Positions 8,340-16,687 of a stretch of DNA of 64,000 bases are shown piece by piece (within the stretch, counting starts at the first letter, position 1; every line of letters begins with the position of its first letter). Location: positions 45,630 to 109,629 of the forward strand of contig CANQOC010000005.1 of assembly GCA_947625375.1 (NCBI GenBank), read 5' to 3'. The notes under the pieces were generated by a model, which was given only the letters and a program-made list of their open reading frames with translations, did not search any database and was not told the origin of the DNA. Source of the DNA: an uncultured Clostridia bacterium. GTDB taxonomy: Bacteria > Bacillota > Clostridia > Oscillospirales > Ruminococcaceae. Position numbers and translations under genes: made by a program.

Positions 8340-9220
8340 TCGATTTCGCTGTCGTCGGGTTCGCGGGTCGTGAGGCGCTGAATCCAGAGTCCGGGCGCGG
8401 AGATGATTTTTGTGAATATGTTGTCATATCTCCCCGCGAGCTTTATAAGCTCATAGGCGACCGAGACGATTACCGGGAGTATGCAGAGCTTAAGGACGAC
8501 GCGCAGCCAGAGGTTCCCCCACTGAATCCGGAACAGCGAGGTCACGACTATCGAGATAAAGAGGACGAGGAACATGAACGACGTCCCGCACCTCGGGTGG
8601 AAGCGGCGGTGCTTTCTGACGTTTTCGACGGTGAGCTCTTCGCCAGCCTCGTAACAGGCGATGGTCTTGTGCTCGGCGCCGTGATATTCATAAGTCCTGC
8701 GAATGTCCTTTAAAAGCGCCGTCAGCGCAATATAGACGATGAACACCGCCATCTTTATAAGTCCCTCGATGACGTTCTTCGCAAGGTCGGGAAGCTCGAC
8801 AAATTTTGATATAATCTTTGTGACCGTCGCGGGGACGAGGATAAAGAGTCCGAGCGCGAGCGCGATTCCGAGCACCGAGGCAATCACCATCACCACCGCC
8901 ATAAGCTTGTCGCCGAGCTTTTCGGTAATCCACTTTTCGGCCTTCGAGGGTTCCTCCTCGGGAAGACCCTGCATCGACTTGTCCGCCGACTTCGAGAGGC
9001 ACTTATAGCCGTCGACCATCGAGCTGACGAAGTTGAACGGTCCGCGGATAAACGGGACCTTTTTGTACCACCCCGCGGGTTTAAGCTCCCACTGCTCGAC
9101 GTCGATTTCTCCGTTCGGGAGCCTTACCGCCATCGCCTCGGTCTTCGGTCCTCTCATCATAACGCCCTCGATGAGCGCCTGTCCGCCTATCTGCGTCTTA
9201 AAAGGTTTTTTATCAGCCAA
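8279..9220 (-). CDS. DUF1385-family membrane protein (commonly linked to prmC)
   Basis: N-terminal IGGQALIEGVMMRGP, several TM helices and YHGAEHK motif. Immediately upstream of prmC, as is usual for this family. Confidence 0.85.
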   Translation of the reverse strand: MADKKPFKTQIGGQALIEGVMMRGPKTEAMAVRLPNGEIDVEQWELKPAGWYKKVPFIRGPFNFVSSMVDGYKCLSKSADKSMQGLPEEEPSKAEKWITEKLGDKLMAVVMVIASVLGIALALGLFILVPATVTKIISKFVELPDLAKNVIEGLIKMAVFIVYIALTALLKDIRRTYEYHGAEHKTIACYEAGEELTVENVRKHRRFHPRCGTSFMFLVLFISIVVTSLFRIQWGNLWLRVVLKLCILPVIVSVAYELIKLAGRYDNIFTKIISAPGLWIQRLTTREPDDSEIECAIAAFMPCIPEEKGSDRW

Positions 9221-9222
9221 TT

Positions 9223-10650
9223 TTACTTCTCCTTTCCGCCTCCGGCTTTCATTCCGGGGAGGGATATCCTTACGGTTGTTCCCTTTCCGAGCTCGCTGTT
9301 GATGAGGAGCTGTCCGCCGTGCATTTCGATTATTTCATCAGCGACCGCAAGCCCGATTCCCGAGCCGCGGCGCGTGTGATTCGCCTTATAAAACTTTGTC
9401 TTGACCTTCGGTAAATCCTCGGCGCTTATTCCGACGCCGGTGTCCGAGACAAGTACGACCGCGTCGCCGTGGTCCTCGAACGCCTCGATAGATACCGTCC
9501 CTCCCGGGTTTGAATACTTGACCGCGTTGTCGATAATATTGATGAACACCTGTCTTAATCGCTGCGCGTCGCCGTAGACGAACGGGAGCATCTCCGGCTC
9601 GAAGTATTCAATTCCGATTCCGAGCTCCTTCGCCCTCTCGGTATATATCAGGACCGCGTCGCCGAGCTCGGCCAGAATGTCGGTCTTCTCTTTCGTCAGG
9701 GTGAACCGCCCGTCTTCAATCCGAGAGAAGTCCAAAAGCTCCTCGACCATTCCCGAAAGACGCTCGGTCTCTCCGGTGATGACCCTCATTCCCTTTCGGA
9801 AGGTTTCGGGGTCGTTCCCGACCTCGCAAAGCGTCTCGCTCCAGCCTTTTATCGCGGTCAGCGGCGTCCTTAATTCGTGCGACACCGAGGAAATAAACTC
9901 GTTCTTCATCTTCTCGGTGTTCTCGAGGGCGCTCGCCATATAGTTTATCGAGTCACAGAGGTCGCCGAGCTCGTCGTCGGTCCGCTTTTCTATTCTTACG
10001 CTGAAATCGCCGTCGGCATATCCCCGCGCGGTCTCGCTTATCTGTCTCACCGGGAGGACGATTGACTTTACGAAATAAAGTCCCGACGCGAGCATCAGAA
10101 GAAATATCACCGCCGACACCGAGACAAGCACCGCGGCGATTCCCCCGAGCTGTCGGTCAACGGTGTCGAGCGAGGTCATTATGCTCATCGCGCTGTACTC
10201 TTTTAACGGACTCGGGAGGATTACGGTATAGCTCATAACGTGCTCCCCGCTCTGTAGCCTGCGCTCCGAGGAGGCGGTTCCGTCGTCCGAGACGAGCGCC
10301 GAGAAATAGTCGCCTGTGCCGAGCCAGTCGGCAGGCTGAAATCCCGAGCTCGTAAGGGTGACCTTTCCGGCGTCGTCGATAGCCATAAGCTCGAAGCGCT
10401 CTTTCTCCGAAAACTGCTCCACCGTGTTCCTGACCTCGGTGCGGTATGACGCCGAGCCGGAAAACCGGGACAGCGACCCGCTAACGGTCTCCATTCGGGA
10501 GACGAGGTACTGCCTCACCGTGCCGAGATAATAGTTCCGCGCCATAAACAGCGTCAGCACCGACACCGCCGTGAGCACAAGGAGAACAAGGCCGAGCGTA
10601 TTGAACGCCCAGCGTATCGTTATCGAATGCTTGAAGCCTTTTTTTCTCAT
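9223..10650 (-). CDS. Sensor histidine kinase (2 TM, HAMP, HisKA, HATPase)
   Basis: H-box SHELRTPLTAI, N-box IDNAVKYS, G-boxes DTGVGI and GSGIGL. Confidence 0.92.
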   Translation of the reverse strand: MRKKGFKHSITIRWAFNTLGLVLLVLTAVSVLTLFMARNYYLGTVRQYLVSRMETVSGSLSRFSGSASYRTEVRNTVEQFSEKERFELMAIDDAGKVTLTSSGFQPADWLGTGDYFSALVSDDGTASSERRLQSGEHVMSYTVILPSPLKEYSAMSIMTSLDTVDRQLGGIAAVLVSVSAVIFLLMLASGLYFVKSIVLPVRQISETARGYADGDFSVRIEKRTDDELGDLCDSINYMASALENTEKMKNEFISSVSHELRTPLTAIKGWSETLCEVGNDPETFRKGMRVITGETERLSGMVEELLDFSRIEDGRFTLTKEKTDILAELGDAVLIYTERAKELGIGIEYFEPEMLPFVYGDAQRLRQVFINIIDNAVKYSNPGGTVSIEAFEDHGDAVVLVSDTGVGISAEDLPKVKTKFYKANHTRRGSGIGLAVADEIIEMHGGQLLINSELGKGTTVRISLPGMKAGGGKEK

Positions 10651-10656
10651 GATTTA

Positions 10657-11364
10657 CTAAGCGTCCTGACTGCACCACTTATAGCCGTAGCCCCAGATTG
10701 TTGTGATATACTTCGGGTTGGTCGGCTCGTCCTCTATCTTCATTCTTATTCTTCTTATGTTCACGTCGACGATTTTCTCGCCGTAATAGTCGTCGCCCCA
10801 GATTGAGCGGAGTATGCTTGTGCGGTCGAGGGCGGTGTTCTGGTTCCTGAAGAAAAATTCGAGTATCTGATACTCAATCTGCGTCAAATCAATCGGGACG
10901 CCGTTCTTTCTCACCGTCCTGCTCTTTGTGTCGAGTATAAAGGGACCGGAGGAGATGACCGAGGGGTCGTCCGAGGTGCGGTCCGCGGTCATGCTGACCC
11001 TTCGGCAAACCGCGTCGACCCGCGCGACAAGCTCGGTGACCGAAAACGGCTTTGTGATGTAGTCGTCCGCGCCCATCATAAGCGAGCTGACCTTATCAAT
11101 CTCCTGAGACTTCGCCGAGAGCATTATTATTCCGACCTTGTCGGACATCTCGCGGAGCCGCTTGCAGACCTCGAAGCCGTCGATTCCCGGCATCATTATG
11201 TCGAGCAGGGCGACGTCGAATTCTCCCTTTTTTTCTTCAAAGACCTTAACGGCGTCTTCGCCGCAGCCGACGTCGGTGACTTCATAGCCGCTCCGGCTGA
11301 GGTTGAGGACAATAAACTCCCTTATCGATGCCTCGTCCTCGCAGACAATGATTCGCTTGCTCAT
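10657..11364 (-). CDS. OmpR/PhoB-family response regulator
   Basis: Receiver domain (DVALLDIMMPGIDG) plus a winged-helix output domain (ITTIWGYGYKW). Confidence 0.93.
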   Translation of the reverse strand: MSKRIIVCEDEASIREFIVLNLSRSGYEVTDVGCGEDAVKVFEEKKGEFDVALLDIMMPGIDGFEVCKRLREMSDKVGIIMLSAKSQEIDKVSSLMMGADDYITKPFSVTELVARVDAVCRRVSMTADRTSDDPSVISSGPFILDTKSRTVRKNGVPIDLTQIEYQILEFFFRNQNTALDRTSILRSIWGDDYYGEKIVDVNIRRIRMKIEDEPTNPKYITTIWGYGYKWCSQDA

Positions 11365-11379
11365 TAAAAATCATCTCCG

Positions 11380-12669
11380 TCAGTCTATAGTGTGGAAGTT
11401 GTCGCGGATTTCGTCGGACGTCAGCACAAGGGGCTCGTCCGGCTTTGCGCGCACAAGGAAATAATAATTCTTTGTCTCTTCGGCGAGAAGTATGTCATAT
11501 CCCGCGGCGGTATACGCGTCTCCGCCCGAGCTTTCGGCCGAGGCGAAGCTTATAATCGGGGTCATCAGCGAAATGTCCCCCTTTTCGGGTTCATAGCGGC
11601 AGAAGGTCACCTCGCCGGTGCTCTGGTTTCTTATCACGGTGACGACGTTGAGCCATCTGTTCGGGATTGTGAAGATATATCCGTCCCGGAGGTTGCAGTA
11701 TGCACTTGAACCGTATTCAAAAAGTCCGGTAGTAAAGTTGAATTTAAGGAAAGTCGCGAGATATTCCGCCTCGCCCCAAGACGCCGAGCCGTACCCCGTG
11801 AAGAGACCCACCGTCGGGATTTCGACCGTTCCGTCGCCGTCGTAGTCGCGGGAGAGATATCCCGCCGGGCGCTGTGTCGCGGAATACATTCCCCGCCCGA
11901 AGACAAGGCTCGTCAGACCCGCGCGTCCGAATGTGAATATATCGCTCGAAAGACCGCCGTTTTCCCCGGCGATGTCGAGATAAAGCGCGGTCCCGCCGTC
12001 AATCTTCCCAAAGGCAAACCCCGCGACCGACGACGCGCCGGTGTCGAGCTCGCAGACATAGCTCTCATATCCCGCTTCTCCGCCCGCCTTTAATACGCTG
12101 ACGGAGACGCCGAGCGCGCTTCGCTTTACAAGCGCGATTTCCTCGGTGCCGCAGCCGTCTAAGTCGGCGGTCTCGAGGAGGGAATAGGTGTCTTCATATA
12201 CCGATTCGAGGAGACCCGAGCCGTAGCGGTACATTCTGACCGAGTTTTCGTCATATTCCTGCGACGCGAAGCCGACGACGGTGTCGCTTCCGCTGAAAAT
12301 AACCTTGTCGACCGAGCTTCCCGCGCCGGCAAGCTCGCACATCGAATGCCAGTCGCCGTCGCCGTCGCGGTCGAGAACCGCTATCTTAACATTGGACTCG
12401 GCAACCGAGCTCAGCGAATAGAACGCGAGCGCCTCGTCCGAGCCGTCTCCGTCGACGTCGTTTAAAATGAAGGCCGAGCGGTAGTCGCCGTTTCGGGGAT
12501 ATTCAAGGGTGATGCCCCGCCCCGTGCTTTCAATCAGAGCCTGATAAATTGCGGACTGCTCGTCGGCAATGCTGGGTGCGCTGAGAAGACCGTCCACCGA
12601 GAACGTAATCGCCTGACATCCGCAAAGAAGCAGACAGGCAAGTATCATCAAAAGCTTTCTCACCGGCAC
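11380..12669 (-). CDS. Lipoprotein with FG-GAP/VCBS-like Asp-Gly repeats
   Basis: Signal peptide with lipobox LLLCGC. Repeated DVDGDGSDE, DRDGDGDW, DLDGCGTEE and DYDGDGTVE motifs. The start may be the GTG at 12663. Confidence 0.7.
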   Translation of the reverse strand: MPVRKLLMILACLLLCGCQAITFSVDGLLSAPSIADEQSAIYQALIESTGRGITLEYPRNGDYRSAFILNDVDGDGSDEALAFYSLSSVAESNVKIAVLDRDGDGDWHSMCELAGAGSSVDKVIFSGSDTVVGFASQEYDENSVRMYRYGSGLLESVYEDTYSLLETADLDGCGTEEIALVKRSALGVSVSVLKAGGEAGYESYVCELDTGASSVAGFAFGKIDGGTALYLDIAGENGGLSSDIFTFGRAGLTSLVFGRGMYSATQRPAGYLSRDYDGDGTVEIPTVGLFTGYGSASWGEAEYLATFLKFNFTTGLFEYGSSAYCNLRDGYIFTIPNRWLNVVTVIRNQSTGEVTFCRYEPEKGDISLMTPIISFASAESSGGDAYTAAGYDILLAEETKNYYFLVRAKPDEPLVLTSDEIRDNFHTID

Positions 12670-12682
12670 CCCTCTTTAACGC

Positions 12683-12720
12683 AAAAATGAGACAGGCAAA
12701 TTCCGCCTTATCTCATTTTA
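12683..12720 (-). terminator. Rho-independent terminator downstream of hicB
   Basis: On the minus strand aaaatgaga...tctcatttt forms a stem followed by a T-run. Confidence 0.55.
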
Positions 12721-12855
12721 GCACAAATTTATAAAAGTTGCAAGTAGTAGTTAGAGAATAGTAGTCAGTAGTTAGTTATTCTTTTAAAACCGCAAGCATG
12801 AGCGGTGACAAAGCTGCTGTTTACAAAATCCGGCATCTATCCTCTAATCATCTAA

Positions 12856-13245
12856 CTATCTATCCTCCAAATGCAGTCTCTTTTTCAGTCCCTCCTGCAA
12901 TACTCCGGAGAAGTTTATGTGTGCGGATTCGGCCGCTTCGTTGAGCCATGACGGAACGGTGAGCGTTTTCTTTACCGAGCGGGTGTCGTGCGCACGCTTA
13001 TAGGAAAGGTCGTCATAGTCGATTATCATCATGAAATCCGGCGCTTCGACCTTAATCTCCTCTGGACGGGACGGAGCGGGAACAGACTTAAGTCCGTCAA
13101 GATAGAGTCCGACGGCGTCGCGAATCATCTCCACCGCCTCGGCGACGGTTTCGCCCTGTGAAAAACAGCCGTCAAGGTCGGGCACGCTCACCGAATAACC
13201 CTCGGCTTCGGGGTGAAAAACTGCGGGATAATATAGCTTTTTCAT
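12856..13245 (-). CDS. hicB: HicB-family antitoxin
   Basis: N-terminal YPAVFHPEAEGYSVSVPDLDGCFSQGETVAEAVEMIRDA (HicB fold) and a C-terminal RHH-like DNA-binding part. Follows hicA. Confidence 0.88.
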   Translation of the reverse strand: MKKLYYPAVFHPEAEGYSVSVPDLDGCFSQGETVAEAVEMIRDAVGLYLDGLKSVPAPSRPEEIKVEAPDFMMIIDYDDLSYKRAHDTRSVKKTLTVPSWLNEAAESAHINFSGVLQEGLKKRLHLEDR

Positions 13246-13285
13246 TATAAATCACTCCTTAATTCGGTATGTTTAACGGCGCGGA

Positions 13286-13474
13286 TTATTTTATCCCCGC
13301 CTGTTTAAGAATACTCTGCTCGGTGCCTTTTTTAAGCTCCTTGGCGTGAAAGGGGACGATTGCGGTCTTGCCCGTTTCGGGATTGTAATATTTTCGGTGA
13401 GAGCCGTTCGAGCTTATGAACTCAAACCCGTTTTCTTCAAGCAGCTTTACTATCTCCCGAGGCGTCATCGGCAT
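13286..13474 (-). CDS. hicA: HicA-family mRNA interferase toxin
   Basis: 62 aa with REIVKLLEENGFEFISSNGSHRKY...VPFHAKELKKGT, typical of HicA/YcfA. Confidence 0.88.
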   Translation of the reverse strand: MPMTPREIVKLLEENGFEFISSNGSHRKYYNPETGKTAIVPFHAKELKKGTEQSILKQAGIK

Positions 13475-13675
13475 TTTATAATCCCCACCTTTCAGCGATT
13501 ATATTATAGCACGTATTATACGTACTGTCAAGCGATTTAGAGGTTAGATGATTAGAAGATAGATAGTTAGAGGATAGAAATCCTATCCTCCACTTTTATA
13601 AACTATAAACATTTTCGCGCTCTATCTTCTATCCTCTAACTCTCTAATCATCTGTCCTCTCAATTCTGCCAATCT

Positions 13676-13701
13676 AAAAGCCTTCCTTTCGGAAGGCTTT
13701 C
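13676..13701 (-). terminator. pspA terminator
   Basis: Stem aaagccttcc, loop, stem ggaaggcttt, with a T-run on the minus strand. Confidence 0.75.
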
Positions 13702-13719
13702 TTTACGAATATGTGTGAA

Positions 13720-14388
13720 TCAGAGGCCGAGCTCGGCTTTCATCTTCGCAAGCTCGTCGTCGACCGAGGCGTCGGTCTTGCTGTACTTGTCGACAAGGTC
13801 TTCGACGGTGTCCTTCTTGACGTTGAGCTCGGCTTCGGCCATCGCCTTGTCGAATGCCTCGTTTGCCTTTGCTTCCATTCTGTCAAAAGCCTCGAGGGAG
13901 GCGGTCGAATCCATGCCGGCGGTCATGTCGTTGATTTTGTCCTGTGCCTTGGCGGCGGCGCTCTTCGCCTTGATGTTCGCCTTTCTGTCCTCAAGCTCGC
14001 GGATGTCGTCTACAAGCTTGTCGTACATCTGACGCATCTTTTCGGCGTTGTCGTGCGCAAGAGCATAAGCCTTTTCACGGTCGGCGACAACGCTCTCGTA
14101 GCGCTGTTTCTCCGCGATAAGCTTTCTTGCGGCGTCTTCGTCTCCCGCCTTAAGGGCGTTCTGTGCGCTCTTGACGGCCTTGTCGACCTTCTCCTGAGCG
14201 TCGTCGAGGTCGCGCTTCGCCTTGTTTTCGGCGGCGATGACTCCGGCGGTCTCCTTTTTGACCTCGGCGAGATTCTCGCGCATGTCGAGCAGATACTGGT
14301 CTACCATCTTTGCGGGGTCCTCGGCCTTGTCAAGAAGGGCGTTGATATTAGATTTCATAATATCAGCGAATCTCGAAATAATACCCAT
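13720..14388 (-). CDS. pspA: PspA/IM30-family membrane stress protein
   Basis: MGIISRFADIMKSNINALLDKAEDPAKMVDQYL... Long coiled coil, 222 aa. Confidence 0.92.
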   Translation of the reverse strand: MGIISRFADIMKSNINALLDKAEDPAKMVDQYLLDMRENLAEVKKETAGVIAAENKAKRDLDDAQEKVDKAVKSAQNALKAGDEDAARKLIAEKQRYESVVADREKAYALAHDNAEKMRQMYDKLVDDIRELEDRKANIKAKSAAAKAQDKINDMTAGMDSTASLEAFDRMEAKANEAFDKAMAEAELNVKKDTVEDLVDKYSKTDASVDDELAKMKAELGL

Positions 14389-14408
14389 TTTAATCTTCCT
14401 TTCGGCTT

Positions 14409-15485
14409 TTATTCCAAAGGCGTTTCGAGAATCCTGCGCGTCTCTTCGTTGCGCTCTTTCTCTTGTTTACGCCGTTTGTTCATGATTATGATAATGATTA
14501 CCGCGACAACTATCACGAGCACGATTATAAGCACAATCTTCGCGATGTCGTTCCCCGTCGTCGTCTTGGTCATAATGCGCTCGGCGGTGCGGTTAAAGGT
14601 GTTTGCGATGGCGTCCTCGGTCGTTCCGTAGCCGTACCACTCCTGGTCGCAAATCGTCCAGAAGATGTCGACCGCCTCGGAGTCCATCACCCCGAGAGCG
14701 TCTGACCCGCCCTCGTAGTGCATATATCCGACGTCGTCGCTGTATTCCTCTTCAAAATAGAAGAACGCGAAGGTATAGCCGTTGCCGATTTCGGTTTCAT
14801 AGTATTCGCTCGCGAATTCCGCCTTTTCTGCGTCGGTTCTGAGCTCGGGGCGGTAGGCGACGAGGTAGACATAAGGCTGTACGCCGGTCATGTCGTAGAA
14901 CTCCCGAAGCTGACGCTCAAGGCCGGAGACCGAGCCATCCTCGCTTATCCAGCCGATTTCGTCGACGACGCAGTCGTTGGTCCACGACGTATTTTCGAGC
15001 TTTTCACGGTTATACGAGCTTGCGGGGACCGCCTCCGAGGAGGAGCCGCCGCCAGTGCCGCCGACCATCGACATTATCAGCATAAATATCACCGCAATGA
15101 TGACGATGACGACCAAGCCGGTTATGCACCCGGAGCAGCCGAAGAGGGAGCTTCGCCCGAACAAGCCTCCGCCGCCGTTGTTGTTTATGATGACGGGGCC
15201 GCTCTGCCGCCGCGATGTGTTATATGTATTCGGCATACCGAAACCTCCGATGCCACCCAAGCCGCCGAACGAGCCGGACGTTCCCGACGTCCTCTGTGCC
15301 GACGGTGACGACGACGGCCGGGACGCGCTTCTGCTGTTTGATGAACCCGCGCGCGACGAGCCGCCGAACGACGCGCGGTGCCCGCCGCCGCTGTGACTCG
15401 ACGAGCGGTGTCCTCCGCCGCTGCTGCTGTGAAAACCTCCGCCGCTGCTGTGGAAGCTTCCGCCTCCGCCGCCCGCTCTGCCCAT
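14409..15485 (-). CDS. Membrane protein with Gly/Ser/His-rich N-terminus and a possible TPM-like domain (PspA-associated)
   Basis: Low-complexity GGGFHSSSGGGHRSSSHSGGGH region, a TM helix, a globular domain of about 190 aa and a second C-terminal TM. The TPM assignment is tentative. Confidence 0.6.
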   Translation of the reverse strand: MGRAGGGGGSFHSSGGGFHSSSGGGHRSSSHSGGGHRASFGGSSRAGSSNSRSASRPSSSPSAQRTSGTSGSFGGLGGIGGFGMPNTYNTSRRQSGPVIINNNGGGGLFGRSSLFGCSGCITGLVVIVIIAVIFMLIMSMVGGTGGGSSSEAVPASSYNREKLENTSWTNDCVVDEIGWISEDGSVSGLERQLREFYDMTGVQPYVYLVAYRPELRTDAEKAEFASEYYETEIGNGYTFAFFYFEEEYSDDVGYMHYEGGSDALGVMDSEAVDIFWTICDQEWYGYGTTEDAIANTFNRTAERIMTKTTTGNDIAKIVLIIVLVIVVAVIIIIIMNKRRKQEKERNEETRRILETPLE

Positions 15486-15499
15486 TTCCGACCGCTCCT

Positions 15500-16393
15500 T
15501 TCCTTAAAAAGCATATTCCGATATAAGTGTAGCATATTTATCGAAAGTTGTCAACTTTTAGAGGGAAAAGGTATTCGCTTCGCTCATGCTATTTTCAGTC
15601 ACCCCTCCCCGACCCTCCCCTCGAGGGGAGGGGGTGTGGAGGAAACTTACACTAATATAATATAGCAAAGTGTACGTCTCACCTTTCTAAAAGGTATTCG
15701 CTGCGCTCATGCTATTATAGACTCCCTCCCCCTTCCCCTCCCACATGGGAGGGGGTTGTATTGCTCATACTTTACAGCGCCGCCTAACGGCGGGGAAAAT
15801 TTGCGTGATGTCATACTTCACTAAATGCGTTCACTTTGTGGCGGACGTAAATGTATCACCTTTGACAACTTCTCCGTCCATTTTCTTCCACACCCCCTGC
15901 CCCCTCTCCCTCAGTGAGAGAGAGGGGGTTCCACCCCACACCCGGCCGTTCACGTTCGTGAACGGCGCGACCACTCCCCTCGAGGGGAGTGGTACTTGGC
16001 ATGGAGGATACTTTGGCAGGTTTTAGAAAAGTTGCGTGCTGACGAACTGCCTTGCTATAAGGAGTCCGCCTGCGGCGGACGCTCCTCGCGTCACTCGGTC
16101 GTGACGCGTTTCGCTGGTTCCCCCACCCCCTATCCCCCTCCCCGACGGGGAGGGGGATACAACACCAAAGTTTGGCTTGCCGCCTATCGGCGGGGAAAAT
16201 TTGTACGACAACTTGACATGCTCAAGGCGGTTCCCCTGCTTCTGACATCTGACCTCTCACTTCTGTTCTCTGAAAGTGCGCAATCCGGCGCGCTTGCGCT
16301 CAGCGAATTCCTTTTACAAGTCCGTACTCCCCCTCTCCAATCGCTCACGCCCCCATCTCCACCCTCTATCCTCCAACTTTCCAATCATCTATC
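15500..16393. repeat. Mosaic intergenic block of hairpin modules
   Basis: Contains aaggtattcgcttcgctcatgct plus ccctcccctcgaggggaggg modules. 16061-16300 is colinear with 21171-21415. Pyrimidine tracts at 16229-16272 and 16345-16394. Confidence 0.9.
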
Positions 16394-16422
16394 TTGACAA
16401 CCTCGAAAAAGTCCGCTATAAT
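16394..16422 (+). promoter_or_regulatory. Sigma-A type promoter of the alaS leader
   Basis: TTGACA (16394-16399), 17 nt spacer, TATAAT (16417-16422). Confidence 0.75.
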
Positions 16423-16435
16423 TTTATCGGAAAAG

Positions 16436-16650
16436 CGTTGACGGGAATGACCGGGTGACTGCCCGAAGAGAGCGCGCGGACGGTGAAAGCGCGCGGCACG
16501 ACCCCCGGGTGCTACCCCCGAGCTCCGCGGAAAACCGCGGCGTCCGACCGGCGTTAGCGGTCGCTAAAGGCGGACTCTGTCCGCGAATTTGGGTGGTACA
16601 GCGAGCGACTTCGCCCCAATTTAAGGGGCGGGGTCTGTATTTTTTCGGAC
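16436..16650 (+). promoter_or_regulatory. T-box leader (Ala specifier) with terminator
   Basis: AGAGA box (gaagagagcg), candidate specifier GCU at 16511-16513 followed by A, T-box sequence aatttgggtggtacagcg at 16587-16604, terminator hairpin gccccaatttaaggggc followed by a T-run. Confidence 0.85.
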
Positions 16651-16687
16651 TGCCGCCGCTCGGAAATAATTTTTTGGAGGAATATAT

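Noticed and set aside
9223-11364. The OmpR-type two-component system as the regulator of the peptide arrays
   Set aside because: It lies 30 kb away in an unrelated operon, and nothing in the sequence links it to the TGACG-N5-GACAC repeats. The regulator remains unidentified.
13711-14631. 306-aa plus-strand ORF
   Set aside because: It is antisense to pspA and to the upstream membrane protein gene. It is a shadow ORF with Val/Leu/Gly-rich low-information sequence.
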